From the human T2T-CHM13v2.0 reference genome, Homo sapiens, in assembly GCF_009914755.1 (NCBI RefSeq), contig NC_060925.1: a stretch of 64,000 nt of DNA. One strand, written 5' to 3'. The translations under genes were made by a program, and so were the position numbers. This document shows, one piece after another, positions 1 through 15,215 of the stretch. Each line of letters starts with the position of its first letter. Within the stretch, counting starts at the first letter, position 1. The notes beneath the pieces were generated by a model. That model searched no databases. It saw nothing but the letters and a program-made list of their open reading frames with translations, and was not told where the DNA came from.

Positions 1-1815
1 GCTTTATCCCGTGTTTCCAAAAAATACAAATAGGTATTTTGTCAGCTATTTTACATTTTATAGCAGGGAAAACAGAGGCTTGGGTGATTTAAGTAAGTTA
101 CAGTTAGTAAGAGCCATAGGATACATTTCGGTGTAAGTCAATGTTTATGTAAGGCTTAAGGGACATTGGTTGAATTGGCATGACTAGAATAGTTGGGAAT
201 GTTTGGGAATGGGGAGAGATTGCTAATGGGATGTCTGCCAGGGGCAATACTGAAAATCTGCTGGTTGGTAAAGGTAGTGCCTGAGCCCAGTGCTAACCAT
301 AGTAGTTGGAAAATTGTGTACGTTGGCTGTGGAATCCTTATGCGAATATTTGTCCAATCCATCTAAATTTCTCTCTGCAGCATTTTTAAAAAGACATATA
401 GCTGAAATTTTGTCAGTCCTAAAAATATTTTGTATTTCTCTGCCCAGATTTGCATTTGGGTAGATCGTGCTGTAGAAGATATATCTTGCTTTAAGATAGC
501 TGCCACTGATTAGTTTATTTTAGTCTATTTTAATCAACTTATTGCCTTGTAATCTTTCCTTTTTCATTCTCTAAATTTCTGAAATTCTATCTTTCATGTT
601 CCCCAGGAAAGACTAGTAAGACGTGTTTTTATTAATAAGACATTATCCTCATTTCACCATGACATAATTTGGGCTTTCTGTTCCAAGTTATCCTACTTGA
701 ATGCTGGACACTTCCACCTGAATATTTGTCATTTTCACCTCAACCCAGCACATCAAAACAATCCCTTATTACCTCTTTAAAAGAAGCTTCTCTCTCCAGC
801 CTTTTCCTAGTCAGTATCACATCTTTTGAGCCAGGCATGGGGATTGCAGTTTCAGATTTCACCTCAAGTCTTCCTCTTCTGGTTCCTGAAGCTCCGGCAA
901 CCTCTGCTTTGAAACATTGTTGGCCTCTTCATCCCATCCCATGTCAATATTTAGCCCATGCCCTGTTGGCTTTGACTTAGCTCAATCACCTTAACCCAGT
1001 GTCTTAAAATTCTTGATTTTGAGTTTCTTATCCATCCAGTTTATTTACACATGAACTCTTTAAGCATGAAATTAATCATTCTTCTGTTCAGAAGCCTTCG
1101 AATGTGACCACAGCTTTTTCCATATAGACCTAAAACTTATATTCTTGGCCTTTGAGAGCTGCCTTCCCTACCCACTGATATATGTTTCTCGTGCTTCCTA
1201 ACACCTACATGCTTCTGTTTGCTTAGTGACCACCCCCCACCCACTCATCAGCAGTTTGCATTAATTTAGTGTAAAGCTGTGTAAAGTTTATTGATTGATA
1301 ACATCTGTGTCAAGATCATGGTTTTTTATTATAAAGAGCAGTTCATTGTGTTTTTTCCTTGCCCACGAATGGTATCTCTGTTCATTAGAATACATAATAT
1401 TTTATGCATAGGAGGATAGAGTGAGAATATGAGTAGAACAAAGTAAGAATGAGAGGAGAGGATAGTGAAATTTGAGGATAGGATGAGAATGTAAATAGAT
1501 TTATGTCCATCCATTACAAGATTAATAACCACAACGATAAAAGTCTTGAATGTTATTTATTTGCATATGAGTGATATTTCAGTTTGTGGCTGATACCCTT
1601 TTGGTATTAAATGGAAGATGACAAATCATCCAATATTAATTTTAGAGGGAGACATCTATTGAAATCTTTGTGCAGTCAGGTCAAGTTTCTGTGTACAAAA
1701 ATTAGCAGAGAGGTTGCTGCTGGTTGACTTCCCCTAGGATGGTGTCTTTCTGAACATTTTGAAATGTAGATTGAAAAGGTGGATTTGTCAACTAACTCTG
1801 AAGTGCTGTAGTTAG

Positions 1816-2121
<306 letters not shown>

Positions 2122-5100
2122 TGTTTTATTGTTTGAAAAACAAGTACAGGTTGTTATTATCCAAGAATTGTTGATAGAGTATATACTGTATTTGAAGTGT
2201 AGAACTGAGGCAGAGGCTGATTAATATAACTAGTTTACTTTTGTTAGCCTTTCACATCTGTGAAGGAATAAAGTACAGACAAAAATGGAAAACAAACCAG
2301 GAAAAAAAAATTGTGAAGCACAGAGCTGCTTAAAAGAAAAAAGTCACAGAAATAAGTCAGTATTTTGTTTAGAGACTAGAACTCCAACTGCTAGCCAACT
2401 GCCTAGAATATAGTAAATATTTTCTAGTTTCTTAAATGACTAGTAATATTCCTACATTATGTGATGGCATTTCCCAAACTGTTTAATTAGATGTTAGATT
2501 TGTAGCCAAATATGTCTAGGAAATGCTTAAACAATATAAAACAGTTTTAATGATTGGCTTTTTAGAACGTTATATATTAGTGTGCTTTATGCATATCCAA
2601 GAGGTGAGTGAGGTATTTGGGGTTTTTCAGACTTACTTGATTACAGATCTGGAGTATCTCAAAACAGTTGTTTTGTGGAAAACACTCTGGCAAACTCTGA
2701 GTCTTAGTCATTAAAAATAGTTTTTGGGTAAACAACAGTGTAATAGAAATGGAAATTACTGGTTCACATTGAGCCATGAAGAATTTATTTTCAGCAATTT
2801 TTATAGAAGTTGCTTTATGACAAAGAAAGCTTTGGTTAACTGGCATTTGGCATTTCATGCCCCTAAATTTTCTACATGAGGATTTATTTCTCTGGTTCTC
2901 TCACTTTCTCACTCAGTTATACTGAATTCATTTATGATGAGCGCTCTCAACCATTCTTATTCATCAAAGCCCTGAAGTTGGCAGAGCCCTCTCTGGTACC
3001 TGATTAGAAGTCCGTCTTCCGTCTCATAGGGAAGTGTTAGAGATGGATAATGTTTCTGTGTAGCAGAAGTAGTCATTATGTCCCCTTAAATTCGGTCACT
3101 TTGACTGCAGTAGAGCTTCTTAGTGAGCAGTCTGTGATGGAGTATACTTTCGGAGAAGCTCATGGTGGGGGAAATCTGGAATTTATCTAAATATTTCATT
3201 TCTTTGATAAATTACATTAAAAAATTAATGAGAGTATCTATTTGGTGAAATCATTTTCCTCCACGTGACCAAATGAGAAATTTAGTGAAAGATTTAAAAT
3301 CATTTTTCAGACTTTTTCCACATTAGTCGGGAAGCAAACCCCTTTTTTAAGGCAATGTCAGTTATTAAGCTTTAGGGAACCACATGCCACTTTAGGGAAC
3401 ACATGATTGGAGAGATTGAAGAGTGAAGTTCCTGCTTTAAAGTGTACTCCTGTGGACACAGTAATACATATATTTAAAATGGTTCATGTTAAGAGTAGGT
3501 ATATTTCTATCTAAATACTCTGTAGCTTTTGTGATTCAGGGAAACGAGTGGAGCCTCACAGGCACAAGAATCTAGTAAATTCTAGGTTTCTTGTGTGGAA
3601 ATCAGTGGGCAAAATCTTAACTGAGTGAATTCTTGATTATTGGTATCACATTTGTTAGTCTGTATGTATCTGTGTCATCGATCTCCTTAAGAAGAGACTC
3701 GTAGATATTGACTGGGAGACCCAAGCTGAATGCTAAAATCTGCTCCATGGATATAAGCTGATGCAGTCATCATTTCACATTAAAATGTACCACAGCTATA
3801 TATGCAGCAAAAAAAAAAAAAAAGTCCCTCCAGCTGAAAAGCAGTCATTACTTTATTATCACCACAGTATTTGAAATGATTTCTGTAGTTAACAGTCAGA
3901 TTTTATTTTTAGTTAACTAAGACAAAGTGAATAATTCACTGTGAGCCAAATTCTTTCTTGATTCCTCTTTTTGGAGCAGTCCATCTTTATGGGAAAACCA
4001 GCCTAGAATGGTGATTTCAGTTTCAGGTGATTTCGATAGAATTGTATTTGGCTCAGAAATGATAAGACTGGGGCCAAGAAAAATTTTAAACTTTTTTTTT
4101 TGTAATCATATTACTAGTTTGATTTCATATGAACTTCCTTTGTTGACTTTCTTTGCCATTAATTTAAAAGTTCCAGTATCCTCAATATTTGATGTCTTAT
4201 ATGTACAGAATCCTTTCCAGCTGTAAGTCATCAGCAAGTAAAAAATTTAGTATGGCAATAGTTTTCATAAGAGGTTTTTTAAAACAGAAAAATGTTGACA
4301 TTGCCAGCCTCTGGGTTGCATTTTGGGATATGCTACATTTCAAAGGTATCTTTTAAATCTGAAGGCAAAGACTTTTTCAACATCTGAATATTCTGATTTA
4401 CAGAAATTAAAAAAAAAAAAACCCCGGAACATTACACGGGCATATAAATTTGAATCAGGAAAATATAAAATTAGCTGATTATTTTTATTCAGTAAAAGTG
4501 CCTTGGCACAGAACTAAAATTGATAACTTATGGTTTTAGCATGTAGATAAGTACATGAGAGTAAATCACATTTCTATATGAATAGAAATATCCACTTTAT
4601 TCATGTATAGATTATAAAACTATACTAAACAAAAAGTAATCATTTACTATTACAAAAATTATTAAGAACCATTACAAAAATTCTCTGCCTACTAATTTTC
4701 AATCACCATAGAAATACAGTATTTAATAATGCTGCTGCTGTACTTACATAAAACATATTAAGAATAGATGTTATATTTCTGTGTTTGAATATTGAGCTTA
4801 AACATAAAACATATTTGAAATGTGTTTGTGTGTGTCTCTCACACACACACATAACATGTACATACCTGAAACTCATACTGCAATTGCAACACATCTTAAG
4901 TTTTTCCTTTTAAACATACCAAGATAACATTCTAAAATGAAGAATAATATCTATGTCTCTCTTCATACTACATACTATCTCTCTATGTATATACAATTGC
5001 TATAAACATATCTTTATATTTGATATATATAGGTACATATATATGGATAGATAAATATAGATATATGAGAGAGAAATGGAGATTAGAGATCTATGTTTGC

Positions 5101-6124
5101 CATAAATCATACTTGTTAACATAAACCATCTGATTAAACTGATATTTTGTGGCCCAAGACCTGAGACATGCAAAACTATTCTCAGCAGATAGAATTTTCT
5201 AAAAGCTGAGAGCTCATTCTCCAGGAGCTGGCCAAGGACCAGTACTAAAGGCAGACCTTTCTTGGAAATGTACACAGTCTGGGCAAACAAGACCTGCTGA
5301 GTTAACCCTTTCCTATACATATGCAGACGGTATTCAGCACAGGGCCTGACAGAAGGCAGTGTTTGTTATTATTATTCATAGCATTAGCCCATTTCTTGTT
5401 GTGAGCAACATGAACAAGGAGACTAAGGGGAGAAAAATGCCCTTTTTTAGGGTGACCACCCTAACTGATTTGAAAGTCTACAATTTTTTCAGTTTAAAAT
5501 GGTATTTATTTGTAACATGTACTATTATTGAATAACAATTTCTAATTAAAAAACTACGCTAGTTTTCTGCCTATGGAGAAGCCACCTTTTTATTCTTTTA
5601 CTTTCTTAATAAGCTTGCTTTCACTTAAAAAAAAAATCTACCCTACATATACACAAAAGTTAAAAAGCAGCAATATTGTACATTGGTCAGTATAAATGCA
5701 TGCAGTTTTCTTTTCTTCAGTGTACAAAGTCCAAGTCTAAACCTTTATAATTTTTAGAGTCTAGCGATTCTCCAGACTCCATACTTTTCATTGTTATCAG
5801 ATGCCAGCGTTAATTGCTTTTCCTTTCTTCTGTTTTGGGTTCCTGATCTTCATCTGTGTCTTTAAAACAGATTATTTTCTTTAGATTTGAAAGGTTGGGT
5901 TTTTGTCTTCATTTCTTATTTGTTTAGCCTTGTATTTCCCTTTCTTTAATTGAATTGTGTTATTGAAAATTAAATAATTTCTCTGTGAAGTCAAAAATCC
6001 TGTTTCAGGGTGGGCTCTAGAGCCTTCCTCTTGGGCCATATCCTTAGAAAGCCTGTGTGTATTCTGATACATTTGGCAATTTCTACTGGCTTTTCTTGTA
6101 TTGTCTGACCCCTTTTTATTTCAG

Positions 6125-6183
6125 CGGTGCATCCTGGTCTTACCCAACAGGCAAGTGGTGACTCCAGTGCAGGTGACGCAGAG
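6125..6183 (+). other. Candidate internal exon (probably non-coding or lncRNA)
   Basis: Branch-like TCTGAC (6104-6109), pyrimidine tract, CAG at 6122-6124; possible donors CAG|GCAAGT (6150), CAG|GTGACG (6172), GAG|GTAACA (6183); no recognised protein. Confidence 0.35.
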
Positions 6184-9100
6184 GTAACACTAGAATGAAG
6201 TGAAATATTCTGTTGAGGGCTAAGTTCATGTTTTTGCTGACAGTGGTGGATAAATGTCATGGCTTCCCCCTGCATAGTGCTTAGGACATTTCTTTTGATA
6301 TGTGTTTTAGAGAAAACATAAAACTTGTAATCAGGAAAATGCAATAACGGAAGAAATGCTTACTTGAGTAACTAATGTGAGTTAGGCAAAGAAGATACAA
6401 ATACTTCCCATTTCCTACTTCTAAATTACAGTCAAATTGTCCTAAGCAAATCTCTCATTGTCTCCATGTAAAAGATATAGAGAAGCCGTTAGAAAAAGGT
6501 GGCTGGAACAACTTTATACATACAGCCTGAATGAACTGCCTCATCATTTATATGTTTGAGGAAAGTGTCTGTTTGATAATTTAAATTAAGTTTAAACTGT
6601 CATAAACGGAGAGCTGTACAGATTCTGTGGGAGAGGATACTGGGGTACCAGATACTCATTACTAGGCTCTCCACTCTGCCTTCTTCAATACTCTGGATCA
6701 GTGCCCTTTATTCATTTTTTTCACAACTTCCTCCCCTTTGCTCACATTCTTTACAAGCTTCCAGGATTTTTTTATTTTATTTTATTTCTTTCCACAATGA
6801 CTCTCATGGCTGTTGCTATAGTTGCTATAAAAGGCAAGGTGGGGAACAGACAGGTGAATGAGCACAGAGGTCATTTGTAAACCGTTTGTGGTTAGTGCTC
6901 CTCTGTTTACTGTCTGTCTGTCTCTCTCAGTGTCTCTGGGTATGTGTCTGTTTACAACATAAAATATATGCACACAAATCTCCAATTTTTCTAGAGTAAC
7001 TATTAACACAGTTAAAATCTGGAAGAACTCTATCTTTTAAAGGAAATACCAATTAGCAAATAAAACAGTTGATTCCCCCCAACTCTCATTCCCCAGAGCT
7101 TGCTTAAGTGTATGGTTTGCACACATTCCATAAATAAAAACATTGCTGGCTCATAACTATGCTTCACTTTCATAAGCCTTCCAAATGTTAGTAACTTAGC
7201 CTTCTCCTTTTGAAGGGTTAGTCTGTAAGTGATACTGGAAGCCATGTGGTAAGAAAGAGGACAGAAGTATAAAATCAGACTCAGAAAGTAAAATCTGGCA
7301 TATTTGGCATAGATCCATTCAGCTTCGTATACTTTGTTAGGACCCGAGGGCATGCCTGATTTTCATAAAATCGATGCACTGTTATTAAAACAAACAGGTG
7401 AAAATCACTTTTGTTAAACTACTTGACAAGGCATCTGACTACCTTAAGTGTGTTATAAATTTTGCAAGTGGTTAAAATTTTATGCTTATGAATTCAAAAG
7501 ATAGACTTTAGTTAAATTAAAAACTAATTTATGTAGATATTTTCCCTAATAATATAGCACAAATGGGTTTTATTTCCAACTGAAAAGAGTATTTATTACC
7601 ATGGATATAACTAGAAGAATCATACAAATATATGTAATTCCATTAGAAAATATTTTTCTTAAAATTTGAAATGACAAGAACTTAATGAATCTTAAATATC
7701 TCTTGTTTTATTTTGAAAAATTGTTTTCATAAGATACAATTGAGCAATTGAGATTTGTTCTCCCAGTATCTGAAGATTTTTTTGGTCTTGTTTTGTTTTT
7801 TGGGTTTTTGGCCCTAAAATTAGGTGAATTCAGCTTTGGGTCTATTTCATCCATTCTGGAAGGTTCCTTGGGTCACTGATCTGAGGCATTCTTGATGTGG
7901 TTAGGACTTCCCAGCATTATTTTTTTTAGATCCTGTTTATTTAAAATGAAAAGGATTAGCATGAGGGATGGTAACATTCCTTTTTGATATCTGTAGCAGC
8001 AAGTTTTCTTATGATTCATTATTCTTCTTCTTACAGCTTTAAATCATCTAGGAACTTCATATAAAATTTAATTCCAGTTTCAACTAGTTGTGGAGCATTT
8101 GATCCAAAATAAAATGAAAGTCCTTTCTGAAGCTGTAGAGGAGACTCAAGAATCAGAACAACCTGAAGTTCTTTAAGCTGTCAGTTGAAGGACTAGGTAA
8201 AAAACAAATATCATTTAGTGTGATCATTAATGCACATGAGTCATTATTCCATGTGGTTGCTGTCGACTGGTCAGGGGCACTTCAAGCCCTAATCTGTACT
8301 TTGTCCTGTCTCTCTACACCCCGTTCTACTTTTTCAGCTTGTTGCCTGTAATATGTGAATGGAAATAAAATAATCAAGCTTGTTAGAATTGTGTTCATAA
8401 TGACACAAAAGACCTGAGAGAATGTAAGAACATATAGAACATCCAAAATAAGACATATTTTTGGTTGGTTTAAAACCTTTTTGTTTGTTTCATTTTCTTC
8501 TGTGCTTAATGTATAGTTACTATTATTTCATATCCTTTGACTTACAGGTTTGACTGCAATGCAGTGTGAATATCACACTTGGGACCATTTGTCATACTGT
8601 CAGATGGCAATACATAGATGGATAGAATTTTGCTGTTTGATCAAAGCTGTGCCATCGGAAACTTGTTTTCCCAAGTATGGGTACATTCTCCTCTTTTCCT
8701 GAGTGGAGAAACCTAGATCTGAGCAAAAAGCATGAATCAATACACCTTGGGAGGCAGGGTGTCAAATATTTGATGCCATTTCCTTTGCTTGTTAATTGTT
8801 CATTTCATTTGAATATAAATATAAAAGGACTTCTACCAAGAACATGAAACTAACATTTTGCCAAGCTAAATTTTAATGAATTTATTTGGACTTTTTTATA
8901 ATCACTTAATATTTTCAGTTCATGTGCTAATATTAACTCTACTTACTGGAGAGAAAGAAATGGTATTCAATATGATAACTGCCTTGTTACTGCAGAAATG
9001 TAGAAGTTTGGCATTTTAAGTATCAAATATTTTAAGTCAAAAAATTACCAGTGTCCCACAGCACAGAGAGAGACTATATGTTTGCTTGTGTCCCTTTAAT

Positions 9101-11470
9101 CTTTCCCCTGTAAAATTAAGCCTAGGGGCCTTACACTATTTTAAATTTTCAAAATTAGGTCTTGTAAATGTTGTGTCAGATTTCCAATTCATAAGTAGTA
9201 TACTTATGAATACTGAATAGTGAACATAGGGTACATTTATATCCTACTGATTGCTTAGCTGTGGACCAGAGGTAAACAGAGAATGAATGGTATTTTCACA
9301 GGTTAGTAAACTGTTTTTCTATGATCTCTTATATACAAGTGTGATTAACATTTTTTCCCCCTTCCTGAACTAATATAGGAACATATGGTCTAATAAGTGT
9401 GAGTTCATTTGGGGAGGGCAGGATAGAATGCTTGAAATTAGGACTGACCCAAAAAATGCCTTGGTCTCAGTATTTGTGGATTACGAGGAGGAAGGGCTGA
9501 AAAGGAACCTTAAAAGCATTAGAATGGTAGAGTACAGATTAGCAGCAACACTCAGGGCTCCATCATGAAGAGAGTGAGATGAGTTCCCATGGTTAATGCA
9601 GCAGGGGCTCTAATTGAAAGCCCTCTACCTAGGAAATGATTTAAATCCTTTTATCCTAGCTGGATTGTGAACGTTTTATTTACTTTGAGGAAGTTGTTTA
9701 ACCCTTTTTGTAGATTGCATCAATATTTAGAGTAATGTAAATACATTTTCCCTTTGGCTATTTTACAAGGACATTGAGGATTAATTAAATTTAAAAGAAA
9801 GTAGTGCAGTTAACTCCCAGGAGACAGAGGGAGATGTTTATCATTTTTCTCATCATTCATTCCTTATTCATTCATTTTACAAATGTTTGTTGAATAGTAA
9901 TTATAATGAAGATACTATACCAGCTTCCTGAATTGGGAATACAAAGATGAAGGATGAGAGTGACTTCTGCCTTCATTATGTTATGTGTTCATATTTTCTT
10001 TTTAAAATTCTCATTATAATATGAGTAATTGTGCAGGGATTTAATATTGCTGGTCTCAGCAATAGTTGATCTTTGATTAACATCTCACTGACACATATTT
10101 TCACTGTGTATATTTATTTTTCCTTTCTAAATTTAGATCTACTCTTTATCTTCTACTGTAAGAGATATACAACATACTTTTGTTTTTTTCTATGTTGTAA
10201 TCAGTGCAGTTTTTTTAACCAAGAATAAACACAAGTTCTAATAGCAAACAGAAATAAACTCCCTACACATTACCTTCTCCATTAAAATATGTTTTATGCC
10301 ACATGCAGAATTTTAATATTATATAGTTATTTGTGAAAGTATAACTAAATAGAAATTTTAAGAAAGAATGCCTCTAATATTCATATCTTAGCACTAAAGA
10401 AGCATATATTATTCTGCAGATTGAATTAAAATGTTAGTTACCAAGATATGAACTTAGACATTTTCAGTAAGCATTTATAGGCTATTCTAGTAGAAAACTG
10501 TACACAATTTCCCATGAGGCTGGTGAAGGTTTCTTAGCTTAAGCGACTTTTTAGCTGGTTCTTGGATTTTATTAAATAATATTTGAATGAACAGTTTTGA
10601 CTAACAGCCTGAAAATATTAATCTTTCCTCTCAGTCTGAGCAAGCGAAAGTAAATAAATTCATATTGTATGTCTGATTCTCTTTGGGTTTGAAAAGAAAT
10701 AAAGACTCCACTTCTAAATTAGCATAGAAAAAAGGAGAATTTCTCTTGATTTATTTCTCAGTTTGGGTTTGTGCTTTTGAAAAAGGAAAATAATGATCCT
10801 GAAATCAGTAGGCTTTGTCTTTGCCAAAAAATGTGGACATGTTGATCTTAGGGGGGCTGATTATATAAAACAGTAGAAATGTAGTCTTAGATGAAAATCT
10901 GTAAAGATGTAAGAATGCTGAACTAACATGAAAATCAGGGGCTGAGAAAATGCTGGATTGAGAATAATGTGATAATGAAGGTTTTATATATATTCATATA
11001 TATAAAATGTATTCATATATTCTCTTCAACATACATAATGTCATAAAAAGGATAAAACGCCTAAGTCTAGTCTTGACAGAGCACCAGCTTAAATCACATG
11101 AGCCTATCAGAGAACTTATGACAATATTTAGGGCTAAACTGATGTTACTGGTGAACCAGTATCTGGAATGATTTCCATAACTCACTTAACTTGCACATTT
11201 ATAATGTGGACTTTAAATAATAATTATCAGGATGGCTACTCTGAAGCCAGGAGCTTAGGAAGTGTCACAGATGGTATATATTTGTATTCCTGCCTCATGT
11301 CCCTTTCCCTGAAGTGGCGTGTGGAGTATGAGGGATTACGGTGTATTTGTAGGTGGTGTCCCTGAAAGGCTATCAGGGGACTTCTGGTTCTGCTTCAGTT
11401 CTGTTTTGTGAAGACGGTCAAGTGATTTAAGGTCTCTTGCTTCAGCCATCCCACTTAGAAAGCAGTTGCT

Positions 11471-12317
11471 TTATAGTCCTTTGGGTATATACCCAGTAAT
11501 GGGATGGCTGGCTCAAATGGTATTTCTAGTTCTAGATCCCTGAGGAATCGCCACACTGACTTCCACAATGGTTGAACTAGTTTACAGTCCCACCAACAGT
11601 GTAAAAGTGTTCCTATTTCTCCACATCCTCTCCAGAACCTGTTGTTTCCTGACTTTTTAATGATTGCCATTCCAACCGGTGTGAGATGGTATCTCATTGT
11701 GGTTTTGATTTGCATTTCTCTGATGGCCAGTGATGATGAGCATTTTTTCATGTGTTTTTTGGCTGCATAAATGTCTTCTTTTGCGAAGTATATACCCAAA
11801 GGACTATAAATCATGCTGCTATAAAGACACATGCACACGTATGTTTATTGCGGCACTATTCACAATAGCAAAGACTTGGAACCAACCCAAATGTCCAACA
11901 ATGATAGACTGGATTAAGAAAATGTGGCACATATACCCCGTGGAATACTATGCAGCCATAAAAAATGATGAGTTCATGTCCTTTGTAGGGACGTGGATGA
12001 AATTGGAAATCATCATTCTCAGTAAACTATCGCAAGAACAAAAAACCAAACACCACATATTCTCACTCATAGGTGGGAATTGAACAATGAGATCACATGG
12101 ACACAGGAAGGGGAACATCACACTCTGGGGACTGTTGTGGGGTGGGGGGAGGGGGGAGGGAGAGCATTGGGAGATATACCTAATGCTAGATGACGAGTTA
12201 GTGGGTGCAACGCACCAGCATGGCACATGTATACATATGTAACTAACCTGCACATTGTGGACATGTACCCTAAAACTTAAAGTATAATAATAAAAGAAAA
12301 AAAAGAAAAAAAAAAAA
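11471..12317 (+). mobile_element. 5'-truncated, 5'-inverted young LINE-1 (L1PA2-like)
   Basis: ORF2 C-terminal segment inverted (~11471-11787), then forward ORF2 end, 3'UTR and poly(A) (11788-12317); TSD AAAGCAGTTGCT/AAAGCAATTGCT; GAG at the ACA/GAG diagnostic site. Confidence 0.95.
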
Positions 12318-12534
12318 GCAATTGCTTGAGACTACTTCACTGTAAGCTCCTTTTTTTTTTAAATAAATGCAGATTTTATGATATTCCTGATCATTCTCTT
12401 TGCACTTAGATTTAAAATGTTATTTGCAGTTGATTAGAGCGTGGTGATAAGTAAGCCAGGATTTCTGGAATGCCAGGGCACTGTCCCCATGCATGGAAAA
12501 CTGCACAAGAGCTTGTGTGTCTTGACATTCCCAC

Positions 12535-12800
12535 ATGTCAGGATGCCTTCATTTGCTAATGACAGAATACCCAACTCAGACTGGATTAAATAAAAGGGGA
12601 TTTTCTTGCTTATTTAACTCTAGATTCAGTGGTAAATGGGTTTCTGGGTTGATTGGTTTGGGGCCTAACAATGTCTTCAAGGACTTGGTTTCTTTTCAAC
12701 AGTCAGCTTTACCTTCCTGTGAGCTAGCATTGTTTCCCATGGGATTGCAAGGCAGCTGCATACAACTCCTGCAGTTCTTCCTTTTCCATATCCAGAGAGG
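12535..12800 (-). mobile_element. Old MaLR LTR fragment (MLT1-type)
   Basis: GACAGAATACCCAACTCAGACTGGATTAAATAAAAGGGGATTT resembles the MLT1J/K terminus. Confidence 0.5.
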
Positions 12801-13243
12801 GGACGTCCTTTCAGACGCTGATTATTTTAGGTGTAAATTCCATGTCCCATCCCAAAACAAACAAACAAAAAAACATCTAGGGCATTTCTTATTTGAGGCG
12901 CTTAACAAATGACTGGATCATCTCCCTTGTATATAACCCAGAAAACACTGTGAAGTAGAGCAAAATTGGAAAGCCCAAGTCAAAGACCATTTGCAAATTT
13001 CAAGTAGATTCCAGTCTGTTGCTCAAATCACAAAACATGAAATGGAGGGGTCTCCCTTGGAGACCATAAAGTCTGTGACATGGTGGCCAGTTGGGTCACT
13101 GGAAAACATGGCAAAATATTGAAAATGAGGGATTAGGTGAGAGTGTAGCAACTGAACACTAAATGCTTGATCCAGGTGCCATCCCCTGGATACTGACAGG
13201 GAGACACATTGTCCAGGTAATACTGGAAAAATACTTTCTATAG

Positions 13244-13820
13244 TGTAAACCACAAATAAAATTCCAAGCCCCTCAACTATTTGAATGCACCCCTCCTCTC
13301 AGCCAGGGTCATTCCAAAGTTAACCTGAAAAACTGGTTCAGACCATGATGGGAAGTAGGGGTCAGATATGCCTCATTATACCCTCCTTCCTTTGGAATTC
13401 AGGCACAACTGACCAGCACATCCGACCAGGCACAACTGGCATTACAACAGAGATCTTAAGACTTTTTGTAGCAATAAGACACCAAATTCCAGCCTGACTC
13501 TAGTGTAGCATTACATGACAGATAGCAGGCCCTGAAAGAAATACAAATATTTTACCCTAAAATATATTTGTTATCATATTTTGAAATGTCCCTACAAAGT
13601 TGTCTCTTGTGGGGAAAGTCTACATGCTACAGGGAATCCCTTTCCAGGTCTTTTCCCTAATCTAGGCACCTTTTTAAGTCTGATAAGAAACATTTACAAT
13701 CAATTCTGTCTGAAGCCTGCTATCTGGAGGCTTCATCTGCATAATAAGAACAACCCCTTAACACAGAGACTGCCTTCTATGGATTCCAGGTCTTTAGATA
13801 AACTCTTTCAACCAATTGCC
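13244..13820 (+). mobile_element. ERV1 LTR, MER4 group, 3'-truncated
   Basis: Starts TGTAAACCACAAATAAAATTCCAAGCCCC, like the MER4B/D/E 5' end. Confidence 0.75.
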
Positions 13821-13886
13821 AAAGTATCAGAAAATGATGGCTGGTAACTATTTAATTATGCATATATATTAGTAGAATTTGGGGGG

Positions 13887-14160
13887 TGGGCACGGTGGCT
13901 CATGCCTGTAATCCCAGCACTCCTTCAGGAGGCTGACAGATTGCCTGAGTCCAAGAGTTTGAGACCAGCCTGGGAAACATGGTGAAACCCCATTTCTACC
14001 AAAAAAAAAAAAAAACAAAACAAAAATTAGCCAGGCATGGTAGTGAGCACCTGTGGCCCAGCTACTCAGGAGGCTGAGGTGGGAGGATTACTTGAGTCTG
14101 GGAGGTGAAGGTTGCAGTGACCCAAGCTTGCAACACTGCACTTCAGCCTGGGTGACAGAG
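13887..14160 (+). mobile_element. Old Alu (AluJ-like)
   Basis: GGGCACGGTGGCTCATGCCTGTAATCCCAGC ... CAGCCTGGGTGACAGAG with expanded A-rich linker. Confidence 0.9.
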
Positions 14161-14305
14161 GAATGGGCCTTCACTAGACACTGAACCTGCTCGCAACTTG
14201 ATCTTAGACTGACCATCCTCCACAACTGTGAGCAATAAATTTTTATTGTTTATAAGTTACTCACTCTGTGGTATTTTGTTATAGCAGCACAACTGGATTA
14301 AGACA
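14161..14305 (+). mobile_element. MLT1 LTR 3' fragment
   Basis: ACTGTGAGCAATAAAT ... TGTGGTATTTTGTTATAGCAGCAC ... TAAGACA, a typical MLT1 3' end. Confidence 0.75.
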
Positions 14306-14381
14306 TTAACCTGACCTTAAGAAATCATCTCAAATCAGTCTTGGCTTTGATGAGAAACAAAGGGCACACTCGAATGTGTGA

Positions 14382-14688
<307 letters not shown>

Positions 14689-14822
14689 TACAGAGAGTTT
14701 TATGAAGAGAATATTTCTAAATATATGGACAGGATCAAAATAACCCAACAAAGGACTGAGAGGCGCTCAGAATCTGATCTGGAATCAGCAGAGAAGTTGT
14801 ATTGCCTCTAGGACTTAATTGT

Positions 14823-15215
14823 TGTATAAGTCTGTTCAGGTTGCCATAACAAAATACCATATACCAAGTGGCTTAAACTATAGAAATGTGTTTCTCACAC
14901 TTCTAGAAGTTGGGAAGTCCAAGATAAAGGTGCTAGCAAAGCGGATTTCTTTCTAAGATCTCTTCCTACGGCCTGTAAGTGGCTGTAGTTTCACTGTGTG
15001 CCCATGTGACCATTTCTTTGTGCACCATGGGGAAGGCGGATGAGCAAGCTTTCTAGTGTCTCTTCTTATAATGGCATTAATCTCAGCATGAGGACCCCAC
15101 TCTCATAACCTCTTTTAAACCTGATTACCTCTCAGAGGCCCCAGCTGCATAAACCATCACACTGGGGGTTAGGGCTTCAACATTTAAGTGTGGGAGTTGG
15201 TGTTCACAATTCAGT
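14823..15215 (-). mobile_element. MLT1 MaLR LTR
   Basis: TTGCCATAACAAAATACCAT...GGCTTAAAC and GTTAGGGCTTCAACAT motifs. Confidence 0.8.

Noticed and set aside
8530-8547. ATATCCTTT / TCCTTTGAC resembling U12-type splice signals
   Set aside because: Branch-to-AG distance is too short, upstream DNA is not exon-like, and no partner site was found
11455-12253. ORFs resembling the L1 ORF2 C-terminus, and the G-rich G4-like tract at ~12139-12160
   Set aside because: Ordinary parts of a truncated L1; no coding capacity
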